Positions 32,535 through 48,474 of a stretch of 64,000 nt of DNA are shown here, one piece after another (within the stretch, counting starts at the first letter, position 1; each line of letters opens with the position of its first letter). The position numbers were made by a program, and so were the translations under genes. A model generated the notes under the pieces. The model had not been told where the DNA came from and ran no database searches. It was given only the letters and a program-made list of their open reading frames with translations. The DNA is from Piromyces finnis finn. Taxonomy: Eukaryota > Fungi > Neocallimastigomycota. The stretch is from assembly GCA_002104945.1 (NCBI GenBank), contig MCFH01000074.1, positions 124,001-188,000 on the forward strand, given 5' to 3'.

Positions 32535-33325
32535 GGAAAAAAGAAAATTCATTTCTTTTTTTTTTTTTTTAAAGTCCCGAAATTATTAATTTTTGTTATT
32601 TTTCTTTTCTTTTTTTTTTTTTTTTTTTTAAAAGAAAGTTTATATTATATACGCATAGTTACAATATAATGACATTTCAAATACAAAAAAAAAAAAAAAA
32701 AAATCCTATTTTTATATAATGAAAGAATGAATGACTTTTATCAATTTTTAATACCAATAATAATACTATATCATCATATCATTAATTATCGTTTTTATAT
32801 TCGTATTAACTTTATTCCTTTATTATATACATTTAAACAAAACTGTAATTAACGTTTAACTGCTTTATTAAATAAAATTATCATTTTATTGCTATTTATA
32901 TTGTTATTTTCTTCCCTGGTGTATGTAGTAATAAATAAAAATCTTAAAATATCTAAAACCTTTCCTTTCTTTTATTATCTATTTAACTGAAAAATAAAAA
33001 ATAAAAAATTCGATGTTTTGTTCTAAAAAAAAAAAAAACAAACTCCGCAGCAGTTTTTAAAATTTAAAATTTAAAAAATAAAAGATTTTTAATTTTAATT
33101 AATATATATATAATATATATATATATAAAAATACACACCACACCCACACAATAATAATTATAGTGTTTCAATTTTATTCTAATTTTATTTTCTTTGTTTT
33201 TTTTCTTTGTCATTAATATTCTTATTAAGTAAATATAAATTTTAAAGAGTGGCATATCCCGAAAAGTTAATATTTAACATATTTAAATATAAAAAATAAT
33301 TAAAAATATATAATAGTAAAAAAAA

Positions 33326-35670
33326 ATGTTAAGAAATGATGATAGTAATGTAAGATATTTGATAACAAAACTGTTATAATGTTATTTGATTTTTCTTTTT
33401 TTAAATAAAAACAAAATAAAATTAATCATAATAATTAATAAAATATTCTGTTACAATATCATAATAATCATGTGTAATGTTAATTTTATTCATTAGGATG
33501 ATAATAAAGGTATGATTTGGTTAATACTTTATTAAGAAATGAAACAATATATAGATTTATCAATTAAATAAATATATATATATATATATATGTGTGTGTG
33601 TATGTCCTTTACTCTCATCGGAATTATAGATGAATTCTTTGAATTTGAAAATTTTAAAATAAGTGAAGAATTACTTTCTAAAGAGAAGGAATACTTGTAA
33701 TATATCATGAATGAATACTTTTAAACTTTATATAATAATTATAATAATAATATATATTATATATTATATATTATATATTGGTACTTTATTTTTTTATAGA
33801 AAATTAAATAGAAAAATGCAATCCAAAACAAATAAAATTGTTAAAGAAGCTGAAGATGCCATGGTATAATAAATATATGGATGATGATGATATATATATA
33901 ATATTTTTTTTGAACTAATATAATATCATTTTATTTTTATTTTTATCTATTTATTATATTTATTTTAAAATTTATTTATATTAAATGATATCAAGAAAGA
34001 AGGAAAAGAAATTTTTCAAAAATCTGTTTTATCATTGTAATTAAAAAAAAAAAAGAAAAAAGAAATTATTAGATCCATTTTATATAACATTATCTACTTT
34101 TTTTTTTTTTAATAACCATTTTTCTTTTTTGATTTTTTCATTTTTGCGATATTTTCATTTGTATAATATTTATTATGTTTAACTTGAAATACTATTTTTT
34201 TGCTACAACAAAAAGCCGTGAAGCAAAACAACAACAAGAACAAGAACAAGAACAACAACATCATCAACAACAACATCAACAGTCAAGATCAAATTCTAGT
34301 TTATCTATAAAAAGAAATGAAAAGAAAATAATAGAAAAAGAAGTAATTATTATAATATATAAAACATAGCCCCTCCTTTTTTTTTTTTAAAAAAATTAAT
34401 CAAAATCTAATTATTATTATTATTAATAATAATGGTAATCTATATATATATATATATTTTTAAAAAAAAAGAAAAGTAATAAAGTGGATGTGGATAAACA
34501 ATTGTAAGTCTTCTCTATATTTATTCAAATAATAGGGATTATTAATTTTGATTATGAGCTGAATGTTAAAAATAAACAGTTAAAATTAATAATTATATAT
34601 AAAATAATAGAGATAGGAATATTAAAGAGTTTCCATAATTCAATAGAACTAATTTTTTTTAATTATTATTATTATTTTTTTATTAAGAAAAAGTGAAATG
34701 TTAAAATTTGATGGACAAAAATCAGCAAAAGAGTTGATTGGATTACCAGGAAATGTTACTGAAAATGATATTGGTTTAGGTAAATAAAATAAATAGAAAT
34801 AATAATAGTGATAGTAGTAATAGCAATAATAACAACAACAACAACAACAATAACAACAACAATTAACTATTATAAATATAATTATTCTAGTATTCTAATT
34901 AATCTTATATATATATCTCTAATTGAATAGGTGCTACCAATAGATTATTAAAAGCAAAATTAGATATTCTTCAAAAAGAATTTGATAAATTGCTTTCAGA
35001 AAGAAATGATAAAGTAATTAAAAAAAAGAAAAAAGAAAATACAATAAATATATTAATAAATATACAACAAAAAATATTTCTTTTCTTTTTTTTTTTTTTT
35101 ATGATATACTAATAACATCAATAAAAATTTCGTATCAATAATATAAATATGTAGAGTGCTTTAACAAATAATTTAGAAGAAAAATTAAGAATATTGGATG
35201 ATGAAAAAATTAAGATTTCTAAAACCTTAGTTACCCTACAGGTATATTAAATTATTTTAAATGCAATAATGAATTATGAATATGATCATATAATATTATA
35301 TTAATATATATATAAACTATTAATGATAAATAACTTTTTTTAAAGAGTCAAATTGAAAAATATAAAAAAGATGATGAAGAATATAAAAAGAAAAAAGAAA
35401 GTTATGAAACAGAAATAGCTAATCTTAAAAAAGTAATTATATATAAATATTCTTTTTTACTTTATTTAATATAAATAGTGATAAATTTTGAAAATCATCA
35501 GTATTATTAATATTCCAATATTTCTCTTTTCTTTTAAAATTTATTTTGTTTATTATATGTATTTTTTTTTAAAAAAGGAAATAACCAAATTAAAAAGAAG
35601 TAAAAAACAAAATGAAACTGATATTAATTCAAAAGATATAAAGTATAAATCTTATTAACATAATAAATTA

Positions 35671-35704
<34 letters not shown>

Positions 35705-36273
35705 AATATATACTAATACAATATTAATAATTTTTTTTTCTTTTTTTTTCTTTTTTTTTTTTTTACTATTTAATAACAATAAAAAAGACTAAATAGAACT
35801 TTGGATGAATTAGAAAAATATAAAGCCCAAGTGAATTCTCTAACTCAAGAAATAAAAGTATATATCATGAAATAGTGGAAAAATTTTATTATGATTTACA
35901 AATTATGTTAATTTCTATATTAAAAACTTTAAAAAAAAATGTAAATATAGGACCTTAAGGAAAATGATAGGAAAAGTATTGAACAACTTTTAATGGATAA
36001 TAAACAATTAGAAAAACAAAAAGCAGAAATACTTTTAGCAATGAAAAAGCAAATGCAACTAATTAATGTTTTAAAAAAACAAAAAGTAACCAAATAAAAA
36101 TACAATATCTATTACTAAAGTATTAAAAAAAAAAAAAAAAACTTTATACTAATAATAAATATTTATAATTATTCTTTATACCTAATTTAAATTAAAAGAT
36201 ACATATTGAAGCAGCAAAACTACTTCAATTTACTGAAGAAGAATTTTTAAAAGCTTTAAATTGGAGTAATTAA
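33326..36273 (+). CDS. TEX9: TEX9-family coiled-coil centriolar/ciliary protein, about 13 short exons
   Basis: N-terminal ELLSKEKEYL...KIVKEAEDAM, central GATNRLLKAKL, C-terminal [36 protein letters not shown]. The first exon is uncertain. Confidence 0.8.
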
Positions 36274-37057
36274 ATAATAATAAGGATGAATAATGAATAA
36301 TCTGTTACAATTAATAATATTTCTTTATATACCTCTTCAAAAAAAAAAAAAAAAAAAAAAAACATTATTAAAATAATAATACCTTTATCAACAAAATATT
36401 TAATATACTAATAACTTCAATAATCTATATTATAGAAGATTTAATATTAACTATGTTAACTATACTATATTATCTATTCTTTTTTTTTTTTTTTTTCTTA
36501 AAAAAAAAAAAAAAAATAAAAACAAGCAAATTGACTTGTAATTTTATGAAATTAACTACAAATATTTTTTGTAATTATTTTTAAACTATAATAAAATAAA
36601 ATAAAATAAAATAAAAAATAATTACTTAATATATAAATATATTTAGAATTTAATTGAAATTATACTAATTCAATTAAATGAATATATTTTCCTACTTTTC
36701 TTTTTTTTTTTTTTTTTCTTTTCCTAATAATCATATAAAAATGAATAAAATGGTTGAATTACATTTCATTTTAAATTTTTAATATATATATTATTGGGTG
36801 ATATTTATAGTGATGAATGTATTTATTTAAATTTAAAATGTCTTTAAATAATAAATAGCATAATTATTATTAGTATTGTTATTACTATTTTTTTTTTTTA
36901 AAAAAAAAAAAAGAGCTAAAGATTTGGGATAATATTCTATAAATTCTATAAATAAAAGGTATATATATTTAATAATTAAATTTAAAATTAAAAAATCATT
37001 GTTTTAAAAAATACATTAATAGGCTTTTTTTTGTTTTGTTTTCCCGAATCATTTTAC

Positions 37058-37913
37058 TTATTTTTTACTTTTTTTGGTTTTAGTAGCATTAGAATCTGAA
37101 TTAGCCTTTCTTTTTCCTTTGGTTTTAGTTTTGGATGAAGAAACAATCTTTTCCGCTACTTCTTCTTTTTCCCCTTCTCCTTCTCCTTTACCATTTTTTA
37201 TTTTTTCTACTTCTTCAGATACTGAATTTAGAAGATTTTCTACTGATTTTTTAATTTCTTCTTCTTTCACTTTTTGTTCGGAATTAAGAGCATTTTTTAT
37301 CATTCTTCCTGCAGCGTCTTTATCAAGTTTAAATTTAGCTAAAAATCAAAAAAGATTGTAAAAAATAATAAATATTATATATATATATATAAATATTTTT
37401 AGATTTAAAATTAAAAATATTTTTTTTTCAAATATAATTGTTATAATTATTTAATTTTGTAATATACCTTTTGTGTCATTCTTTTCTAATTTTTGTATTT
37501 TAATGAAATATTTTTTTACTCTATCAAGTTCTTTCATTATTGGATGGTCTTTGGTTGGAACACCATTGGTTTTTAAATATACTTTTAAAAAATTTATATT
37601 AATTATAGTAATATTAATTATAATGATATAAATAGATATTATTGCTTTTTTTTTTTTTTTTTTTTTTACTACTTTTTTTTTTTATACTATATATATATAT
37701 ATACTAATGTTGAATATTGAATTATATACCATATAAAAGAGTATCAATGACATAGGCCATCATAATATTAAATTTTGCTCTATTCATGTTATCTAATTTA
37801 GAAAGTTGTTCTTGATATGATTTTGAAAATATTTCTTCTAAAATAGTTTGAACATTGTCAATATTGGCATCCAAATTATCAACGTAAAGTTTTAAATTAT
37901 CTAAAATATCCAT
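37058..37913 (-). CDS. RRP47: Nuclear exosome cofactor Rrp47/Lrp1/C1D (Sas10/Utp3/C1D domain), three exons
   Basis: RAKFNIMMAYVIDTLLY / YLKTNGVPTKDHPIMKELDRVKKYFIKI / LDKDAAGRMIKNAL, followed by a basic tail. Confidence 0.88.
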
Positions 37914-39015
37914 TTTAATTTGATATAATGTTAATCTTTATTTTTTTAAAGAAAAATTAGATTTTAAAATGTAATTTTAAGATTTTTAAAATTATAATAT
38001 ATATATATATATATAAAAAAAAAAAAATTCAAAAAAATACTTTTAATTTTTATTGGCTAAATTTTATATAAAATTCAAATTTTTAATAATTGGATTGAAA
38101 TTTGAAATTTTCAAAGTTTTTTGTTACTTTTAAAAGGTACTGCTTTTTTTCATTTATTTCAATAAAGATCATTGCATTATTAAGCAATTAAAGGAAAAGT
38201 ATTTAATATTGAATTATACCCATATTATTATTATAAAGAATATTATATTGATTTCATGAATAATTATAACACAATTTTTCATAAATATATTATAAATATT
38301 ATGATTGAAAGGAAAATATTTATATATATATATTAAAAGACCTTTAAATATTAATATAAAAAGTAATATCAATATATGTTATTAGATTTGAAATTTAAAA
38401 ATATTTCATCTAAAGTAATGATAAAGAGTAATCTATTTATTAGTATATTTAATTCTATTAAATACCAAGAACAATTATTGAATAATGATATCTTTAAAGA
38501 AAATGTCTTTTATTATTACAATTTAATATATAGTTTTATTTAATTATTTTAAAAAAAAAAGTTTTCTAAAAATATATAAAATATTAATTTTTTTTGTTAT
38601 TTTATTTAAAGGAATTGTTTTCATTTTATTTTTGTTATTAGTAATCATTGAATGGTAAATATTTAATAAACTTTTATTTTTTATCTTCAAAAAATATACT
38701 TTTGAATAACTAATACAATTTGATTCTATTTATTTCTATTTATTAATTCATCTGAGAAAGTATTTATATTATTTTTTATAATTGAGTTTTGTAAATACTT
38801 TTACCTTTTCTTTATTTATTTATTCATATTTTCTATTTTTTTAATATATTTATTAAGAAATATTATATTATTATATACGATTGTTTTATATTCTAGCCAG
38901 ATTAATAAAGACTTAATTAGTCATGTATAAGTAACATACTCTGGAATCATATATATTATAATAACAATAATGCTAATCTAACCTTTATAAGATCATCGGA
39001 TCATATACATCAATT

Positions 39016-40640
39016 ATGGGTCATAACACATTCATAATTAATTTATATAATTCCATGACTAATAAAATATCCTCCAATAATAACAACATCTATAATATTG
39101 ACTACAAATTATGGCACAGAAGGTCAGGATATTTTTACAGTAATAATTTCGACAAATATTTAAAGGACAAACAATGCAATAATTATAAATGTCCTTACTG
39201 CGGTATTTCAAAACTAGAACGACTTCCTCATAATAAAGAAACCCCCAAAACTGGCAAGATTCTAGAAACTATTCACTCTAACATTATTGGTCCTGTACCT
39301 CTTAAAACTTATAATTGCTATATCTGCCAAAATGAACTGAAACATATATCAATTAAATATAAAGATTGCATACTTTAATGTCAAACTTAACAAAGAAATA
39401 TATACCGCAATTTCCATAGGATACTGGAAACTCAACAAAGCATTATACGGTCTCAAATAATCTGGCAGACAGTGGAATGAAACTATCATGGATTCCTCAA
39501 AATTGTGTTCACGCAATTAAAATCAGAGCAATGTATATTCAAACTTGGTATTGATGGAAATATAAAATGTATCATGGGGTTATATGTAGATGAAATATTC
39601 ATAGCCGGTGAAGAATCCAATATATCTATTTCAATAAGTAATATCAAAGAAAGACTTAAAGTTTCAAAAATGTGAACCTGTGTACTTTATATTAAGAATA
39701 AAAAGTGGAAAAATTAATAATCAACAACCATAACATATACAACATATACAGTATATCTCAATTGTGTTTATAAACAATATTCTCAACAAATTTAATATCA
39801 AAAATACAAGACTCTCAAAATGTAAAAGTATAAAGTTAAAACAGATTTTATACTTAAAGCAAAACAATTTTTATTAACACAGAAAATAAAAAAATAAACA
39901 TTATATTTTTTATTTTTAAAACAGTTTATTTAAAATTCTTATAAAATATTATTAATCATATAATAAAAAATAATTAAAATATTAAAAAATAACAGTTACA
40001 TTGATTTAACAAACCAAAAACTACATGCATTTATATTTTTCATAATTATATTCTAATATATTATTCTATTTAAATAAACATATACTTAATATAAAATAAA
40101 CAAAACTAATCTAATTAAATAATAAAATAATAAAGCTAAACTAAAACTAATTCATTATACTTTTAATTCAATTTGAGTAAGCATAAACTGAATAAAGCCA
40201 TATGTATTATCTATAAATTAATTTAATACTATTAATACTATTCATAATATATTTCCTATTGAAATATAAACACACTTATTTTTAAAACAAAATTAAAATT
40301 ATTAAATTATTCTAAATTTAAATAAAAAAGTATTTAAAAACATTTTGAATATTTAAAATATTTGAAATATTTAAATTTATTTAAAATTCTTTTATTCCTT
40401 AAATTTAAATATTTATCTTAATTTAAATTTAACGGAATTATTATAAAACAATTTACTATTAAATTATTCCATAAAATTTATTCTAACAACAAAGGAATAT
40501 AAAATTAAATATAATGGAATGGGAGAAATATTGGATATATCGATTTAGACTTTGCTGGAGATATAGAAGATAGAAAACCAACTTCTGGAAATATGATATT
40601 AATGGGAAGAAGCCCTATTTGTTGGAAATTCAAGAAGCAA
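39016..40640 (+). pseudogene. Decayed Ty1/copia pol remnants interrupted by an LTR
   Basis: GAG-pre-integrase/IN (LWHRR..C..C...ETIHSNIIGP). RT-like KLNKALYGLK..GRQWN and LYVDE. RNase H DFAGDIEDRKPTSG...PICWK at ~40520-40640. Many stops and frameshifts. Confidence 0.85.
39821..40490 (-). mobile_element. Truncated, diverged copy of LTR family D inserted in the copia remnant
   Basis: Reverse-complement similarity to 44880-45508. Starts TGTAAAA on the plus strand; the other end was not identified. Confidence 0.7.
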
Positions 40641-42621
40641 AGCTATTCTATATTATTATAACTTAATAATTAATTTCGTAGAATATTTTTCTGTCCTTTA
40701 TGAAATTTTTATATAAAGAAAATTTTATATTTACCTTATTTTGATTCTCCGGTTCGTAGAACCATTGATATAATTTGATAATAATCTTAATTTTGAATTT
40801 TAATTCAAAAAGCGATTATTACATTATATTTATAGATATAACTGTAAAAGTTATATTTATAAGATATTGTTTTATAAAAATTAATAAAAATTGTTTTATG
40901 ATACCACTAAATTGTTTTATTAGAAATACATGTTTTTCTAATATTTAAAGATTTAAAATTTTATTTATTTAATTATGAAACTGATTATTAAGATTATAAA
41001 AATATTAACTAAACTATATAATATTTCTTTAATAATAATAATAATAATGATTAAAATAAGGATATTTACATGTATTTATATTTTCTTTTAAATTTAAACT
41101 ATTTACATTAAAATAATAAAATTAATAACTATTTATAATAAAAGTAATAAAAGTAATTAGAAATAACAATAAAAGAAATAATTAAAAGTTAAAGAATATA
41201 AAAAGTTGTTTATTTTACAAGTAATTAAAGTAATAATTATTTTTAATATTTTAATAAAAGTGTTTAATTATATTATTTTATAACATGAATTATTATATTT
41301 GTTAACTTTTAAAGTGTAATCAACTAAAGAAATTATTGAATATTTAACAATTAATTTAACAAAAGTTATATATTTTGATCTCGATTAATTAAAGTTTATT
41401 ATTTTCTTTCAATAATCAAAGTATATGCAGTGTTAAGGATTAATTTCATTTTAAAATTTTTGTAAAGTAATTATAAACTATAATTTATTTTAAGTTATAG
41501 TTTAGGGTTAACTTAAAAATCAGGTTTAATAATAATTTTACATTTATTAATTTCATTATTTATAAATTTGATGCATTGACCGATAAATTTTTAAATAATA
41601 TAATATTTTTAATAAATAATAAATTCTATGATTTAGATGAAACAATAAATTTAAAATAAAATACGTTTTATAATTAGCAAATAAATCTCTTTAAAACTTG
41701 AAATAAACTCTTTAATTATGTTTTTAAATTATCTTTTATTATATTTTTATTATTTATTTATTATCTATTTATTGTCTGTCTTTTTACAGAAGAAATTTGT
41801 CTTCCTTTTATACATTTTTTATTTATTACATGTACTATTATTTTAACTATTAAATTTCACTATTATTATTGTTATTATTTGTTAAAATTAAAAGAATAAA
41901 TTAAAATTATACTTTAGTATTATAAAATATTACTTATTTTATCTTTTTTTGCTTCAAAATGTTCAAATTTAAAAAAATTATTATAATCTATCATTAACTT
42001 ATCATTAAATGTATAATACATTAAATAAAATAATTAAAATTTAAAATTAAAAGAATATTAAAATAAAATTAAAATAAAATTATAACAAAATTAAAATATT
42101 AAAAGTATCAATTATTATAAACACTCATTTTATACAGAAACATAGAAGAGTTCTGTATTTTATCTTTGAAATTGTTATTATTGTTCTATTTCCATGTTTT
42201 AAGTTTGTCACTTTTAGTAATAATTACTTAATTATTTAATCATTAGTTTATAAATATAATTTTAAAAGAATTTCTATAGAACACTTGGATAAAACACTAA
42301 TTTGATGTATACCATTCTATTTAAGTTTATTTATTCATTTTTATTTATTTATTAATTATTATTTTTATTAATACACTGTTTAATTAAGGCGTTTTTATTT
42401 AATAATTTATTTATATTTATTTCTATTAATTAGGTCGACCTTATTATTATTTAATAAAGAGAATCTTATTTAAAAGGGTTATATTTTTCATAGAATTATT
42501 ATTCATTTATTTTAAAGAGTTAGAGTTATTTTTATTTGTTCTCATTAAAAGTCACTATGGGTTAAGTTGTGTTTATTCAGCTAGTTTTTATTATATTTTT
42601 GTGTGAGTAACATATCACAAA

Positions 42622-42800
42622 TGTTACTGTTCGAGGAAATTAATTTATTTATAAAATATTAATAAATTTATTAATATATAATATTAAAATAAAATAAGAA
42701 AAATTGTTTTATTAAAATATTTGTTTTATTAGTATTTTAAAATATAATATTATGAATAAGAAAATAAAAAAAAATCTATATTTTCTAACTCTTATAATAT
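42622..42800 (+). repeat. LTR-like repeat start (TGTTAC.GTTCGAGG), with a second copy at 49800
   Basis: TGTTACTGTTCGAGGAAATTAATTTATTTATAAAATATTAATAAATTTATTAATA versus TGTTACGGTTCGAGGAATTTTAATTTTATTTATAAAATATTAATAAATTTATTAATA. Ends not resolved. Confidence 0.6.
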
Positions 42801-44133
42801 ATTTGTAAAGATATAAAATGTACAATAATTCTTGTGATAATCATCCTTTGAATATACGCCACAACTATATTTTTTATGTAAACTTAATATTTTGTTGTAA
42901 ATAAATTTATGGATTTTATGTATTTATTATAAATTTACCAATTTATAATAATTAAGGTTTATAATTTATATTTTATATCATATGCCTGCCCTAAAATACA
43001 ACTATATGGTAGTTGGAAATTTTTTTATTTATATTTTTAAGATGTACTGGTCGTTCTAACTTCAATTTTGTATCTGGGTCTTTAAAAAGACCATATTAAA
43101 TTGTTTATTTATCACCTTATATGGTCCTACAAAGTATGGATCCAGTTTATATCTTAAAAAGTCTCTAACTTTCACTAAATATCCAACTTTAATTTCATTT
43201 TGTTTATTAAAACTTGTTTCTTCTTTTCTTTTAATTTCCCAATATTTATTATTTTTGTTTATATTTTCGCATGCTTCTAATATCCACTTATAGTGGTCTG
43301 TAAAATTTTCCAATAGTTGTTCTTCTTTCGTTCTCTGAACACTGGCTATTGGTAATGAGCTAGCGATTTCGAATGATTGTCTAGTCATAAATGAGTGAAA
43401 GGAGCTTCTATTGGTGTGGTATATTTTTCTGTTGGGTCCGGAACTTCATTTTTCTTATTTAACTGACAGGTTTGACATTCTTTAATTATTCTCTTTATGT
43501 CAGTTGTCATTCCCCTCTAGTAATAATCCTTCTTAATTTGTTCATAGGTTTTTTCAAATCCTTCATGCCCTATTAAATGGGCTTTCCAAATTATTTTAAA
43601 ATTTTCTTCTGGTGGAACGCTTCTTATATTATTTAAGAAGCTTTATTACTCCAACAGGTTTACACTAATAAAAGTGGTTTATTAGAAAATTTGTTGTTAA
43701 TTTATTTTTTTTTTATTTTTATTAATTTTATTTGTTAATAAAAACACAAAGGAAAATTTTTATTATTTATAATTTTACAGCTATTTATATTTTTTCAATA
43801 TTTAAATAATCCAATTAAAAAAAATATAATTCTAAATCTTTAATTTGATTTAAATAATTTAATTAATAAAACTTAAAGAAATAAAGCATTAATTATATAA
43901 AATAATTAATATATTAGTTTTGTTGGAAACAATATGAATCGAACAATATGATGGTTTGATTCATAGTCTTAGTATTTTACAACTAGGACAAGTTTCTAAA
44001 TCTAATAATAAACAGATTCGTTACATCTGGTGGACTAATTATTTTTTTTATAATAGTTTTTGTCTTTGAAATAATTTTCTCCATTTAATTTAATTTTATT
44101 TTCCTCGATGAAAGATTTCATAAGGTCAACCAT

Positions 44134-44745
44134 TGTAATACTGACACAGAAAGAATAGATTACTATTCTATTACAATAACACTAAATTTAAAATAAAAAA
44201 TAAAAATTGTTTTATTAAAAAATATCTTTTATTATAATAGAAATTTTATTAGTAACAATTACATCGATAAAATGATGAAAAATATCTTCTATTTATATTT
44301 TTCCTAATTACATTTATATTATATTATAACTATTTATTTCTTATATATTATTATTTAAAATCTACACTAAAATCTTAATTATTAATAAATATTTAAACTA
44401 TAACTATTTTTAGTAAAATACAATCGGCAATTCAAATTAACTACTATTCAATTTGAATATGTGCCCATGTATTATTGATATATTAATCATTTATTATTTA
44501 TATACTATTTATCTATTTCTATGAAAAAAACAATACTAAAACTAGGGATTTAAATTGAGAATATTAATTTACTTGTTAAACATTAAAAATAAACTAAAAA
44601 TTTATTTTGTTTTAAACTTTAATTATTAATAAATAAATTATGTCTCATTTTCTTTTTCTGAATATAATTTGTGTAACTTAAACAATAATACTTGTGGCTT
44701 AAGTTACATTAAAGATATCAAGTTGAGGCGTTTGATATCTTTACA
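44134..44745 (-). mobile_element. Solo LTR of family B with 5-bp TSD ACCAT
   Basis: TGTAA...TTACA termini. ACCAT at 44129-44133 and 44746-44750. Colinear with 57628-58236. Confidence 0.93.
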
Positions 44746-44798
44746 ACCATAATCTCATTTTCATTTGCTACCATACTTGTAACACCCTCCTAATTATT

Positions 44799-45508
44799 TG
44801 TAAAGATATAATATATATCTTTAGATTATTTAATAATTAACTATTAATTATTAAATAATAAATTAATATTTATTAAAATTAACTATGAAATTTTTAATAT
44901 TCAATGGAATAATTTAATAATAAATTGTTTTATAATAATTCCGTTAAAATTAAATTAAGATAAATATTTAAATTTAAGGAACAAAAGAATTTTAATTAAA
45001 TTTAAATATTTCAAATATTTTAAATATTCATAATAACTTTAAATACTTTTTATTTAAATTTAGAATAGTTTAATAATTTTAACTGAGTTTTAAAAATAGA
45101 TGTGTTTATATTTCAATAGGAAATATATTAAGAATAGTATTGATAATATTAAATTAATTTATAGATAATACATGAGCTTTATTCAATTTTGAGTTTACTC
45201 AAATTGAATTAAAAGTATAATGAATTAGTTTTAGTTTAGTTTTATTATTTTATTATTTAATTAGATTAGTTTTGTTTATTTTATATTAAATATATGTTTA
45301 TTTAAATAGAATAATATATTAGAATATAATTATGAAAAAATATAAATACATGTAAATTTATCAATTGAATCGATGTAATTGTTATTTTATTTCTAACCAT
45401 TAATAAAGAAGATAATTTTTAAAAAAAAAAACTCCTATTTTTATTTTATCGTGTGTTTAATTGTTTTATTGTTAAATATATAATCTGTTTTAAGATTAAT
45501 ATTTTACA
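44799..45508 (+). mobile_element. Solo LTR of family D (related to B) with 5-bp TSD TTATT
   Basis: TGTAAAGATATA...TTTTACA termini. TTATT at 44794-44798 and 45509-45513. Inverted homolog at 39821-40490. Confidence 0.8.
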
Positions 45509-48474
45509 TTATTTTTATTTACTGTGCTTATTTTAAAATTCTTCTCCATATAACTATTCAGATTACTATTGAATATATTATCCATATAATTTAATATATT
45601 AGTATAATGTTGGTACAATTTTTTCTTGTTATTACAAAAACTCATAGATTTATGTATTTTATACTTAGATTCGGAATTTGTATTACATTATAATAAATTG
45701 CCTTCTATATGTACCAATTGACTTTTCATATATTTTAATATATCTACTATCCATTGAATTAATTTAATTAAAAATTTTTTTTAATTTATTTTGATTTAAT
45801 CTATGTATATTGGAACCTGCTTTTATATTGTCAAATATATTATCAGTATATTTAAATATATTTTCTAATATATGAATCAATCCATACATATAATAATTTT
45901 TAAATTGAAAATTTTCTCCAATTTCTCTATTATTAGATTCTAAATTTTCTATATATCCTCCAATTTCCCTCAATTTTTCCAAATTGAGTAAATTTTTGAT
46001 TTCACTATTAAGGTTTTTGTCCCAGTGAACATTAAAACCTATATTTCTCTTGTTATCCTTCTTAAATTTTATTTTATTAATTTTTATAGAGTTTTCTTTA
46101 AATTCTTCTTCCTGGTTTCCACTTCCATTTCCTTTTGCTGTTTTAATCCTCGATAGAGCATCCGCTAGTGCATTTTCTTTTCCTTGCTGATACTTATTTT
46201 TAATTCTCAGCATACTAATAAGGATGCATAACCTTGTGTACCTCATACTAATAGGCTCTTTGTTGTCAAACAGATCTACTAATGGTTTGTGGTCTGTATA
46301 TAAAAAAGTTTCAAATTTATTTCCTGATATATAGTGTTTAAACTCTTTTGCACAGTAGTATACCGCCGTTCCTTTTAAGTCGGTAATACTATAATTCCTT
46401 TCTGCCTTCGTTAAAGTTCTACTAATGAAGTGTATTGGATGTTCTAAATTGCCTTTTTCATCCACTTGCAATACCATCTAAGCAAGCATCTGTTCTAATA
46501 AATTGTTTATTATAATCTGAGTATTTCAAAATCTTAAAAGGAAGGGGACCTGGCTTTAATTCAATGTGGTATGGATTTAACTTAGATGGAGTTAATTCTT
46601 CTGTTGGTGTAATTACCACATCGATATATTCACTGAGAAGGTTGGTAATATCCTTTCTATATGCTGGTTTGGTTCCAATAAAAATTCGGGATTCATAATA
46701 TAATCATACGGAGACAAGAATTTTGAATCAACATTAGCATTTAGTGTGACTATATCATTATCAGAGATCTCTTCTTCCCAATTTAGAAAAAACAATTCTT
46801 GGTTGGACCTATATATTTAACAAAGCGTGTAATAATAGTGTAAAAGTTTTACTAAACTTATAATTTAATATTAAAATATTAAATTAAATAAAAGATTAAA
46901 AGATAACTAGGTTAGAAAAAATGTTTTATTAAAATAATCTTAATTGTTTTATAAATGAATAGTTAAATTATATATTGTGGTTAAAATAATTTCTTTTTAT
47001 TTTATTTAAATAAAATATTAATAAAGAATATAATAATAAGATTATTTAATAGCAATACTTATTAAGTATTAATTATTGATAATAACCTTTACAAAGATTT
47101 TAATTTCATAAACTATTTATACTATTTGTAATTTTACAAAATAACTTTTCAATACATGATTATATTCATAATATATTTTATAATACTAAAACTAAACTTA
47201 AGACTTATTATTACTAATTATTGAAAATAACTATTGTTTATAATATTTATAATATTAATTATTTCATAATTATAATATAATTCATTGTATATAATATTAA
47301 TAATTATAATCTTCTAATTCAAAGATTATAAGTTATGTTATTGAAATAATTATTATAAAATAAAGTTAATTAGTTCCGGAAAATAATTTTAATTTAATTA
47401 AAACAATAATTTTCATCCTTTTGAGTGAATGATTTATGTTTGATACATCAGGGGTGATCATTCTCTGAGTAAACAATTAATCATTACTAACAAAATATCT
47501 TTAAATTGGAATATCTCGTGAACCAGCAGAGATATTGACCTGATTTTAAGATATGTTGTTTATCTTGAGCGTGGCTTTCTAACGAACATAGTTTCATCCA
47601 AAACACAATTATCCAAAATCGCCATTCGTTGAGGAGTTACGATTGTTTTTCCTTATTCAATTTTGACGATAAGGGTTAAAGTTATTTATTATAAAAATAT
47701 TAAGGATTAAGGTCATGTCTTAACTTTTTCTAAATTATTTTAAATATTTCTTAATATAATTTTATAATTTATTTGGAAATAAAATATTGTTGATTTTGAA
47801 ATTTTATAAGTAATCTCACAATTTCAAGTGATCTTGAAATTGCAGATTTCACTAGTATTCGTGACAAATTTTCTACTAATATCAAATTTATAATATATTT
47901 ATAAAATATTAATAAAATAAAACATGAAAAATGTATACATTTTAATAAGAAATATAGAATTACTTAAGTTTAATTCTAATTTCTTACAATATATATATTG
48001 TCAAAAAGCGATTTTTTATTAAATAAAAGTGTGGTAAGCACACTAGTTATATTAATTAACAAATATAATACGCTTTCCTATAGAAGGCGTAAAGTTAATA
48101 ATATTTATATAAAGAAAATTAAATAATATTTTTATTTTAGCAATTACTTAATATCAGCATATATTAAGTTATTAAAAATATTAAAATTTTTAAAGTTTTA
48201 GGTTTTATAGGAGTTTATAAATTTTATTAACTTTAAGTTAAAAAATTACTAACGCTAAAGCTTCGTAATTTTTGTCAAATTTTGTTCTTTTTATACATGA
48301 ACAATTTTAATTATTACATTTTTTAATTTTAATTAATTATTATCTAATTATAAAATATTTAATTTTTATAAATTAATAATTAATATAATTATTGTAAATA
48401 GTTAATAAATTTAAAATAAGATTTTTAATAATAAAATTTTAATAATTTAAAAAAAAATTTAATAATTTCAAATA

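Larger units (their letters stand above)
43062..46810 (-). pseudogene. Decayed, internally deleted Ty3/gypsy pol (element E) fragmented by later insertions
   Basis: Pre-RT YHIELKPG (~46550). RNase H HPIHFISRTLTKAERNYS...YTDHKPL...NALADALSR (45764-46477). Linker across 44134/44745. Integrase HLIGHEG...CQTC and GPYKV (43062-43650). Confidence 0.8.
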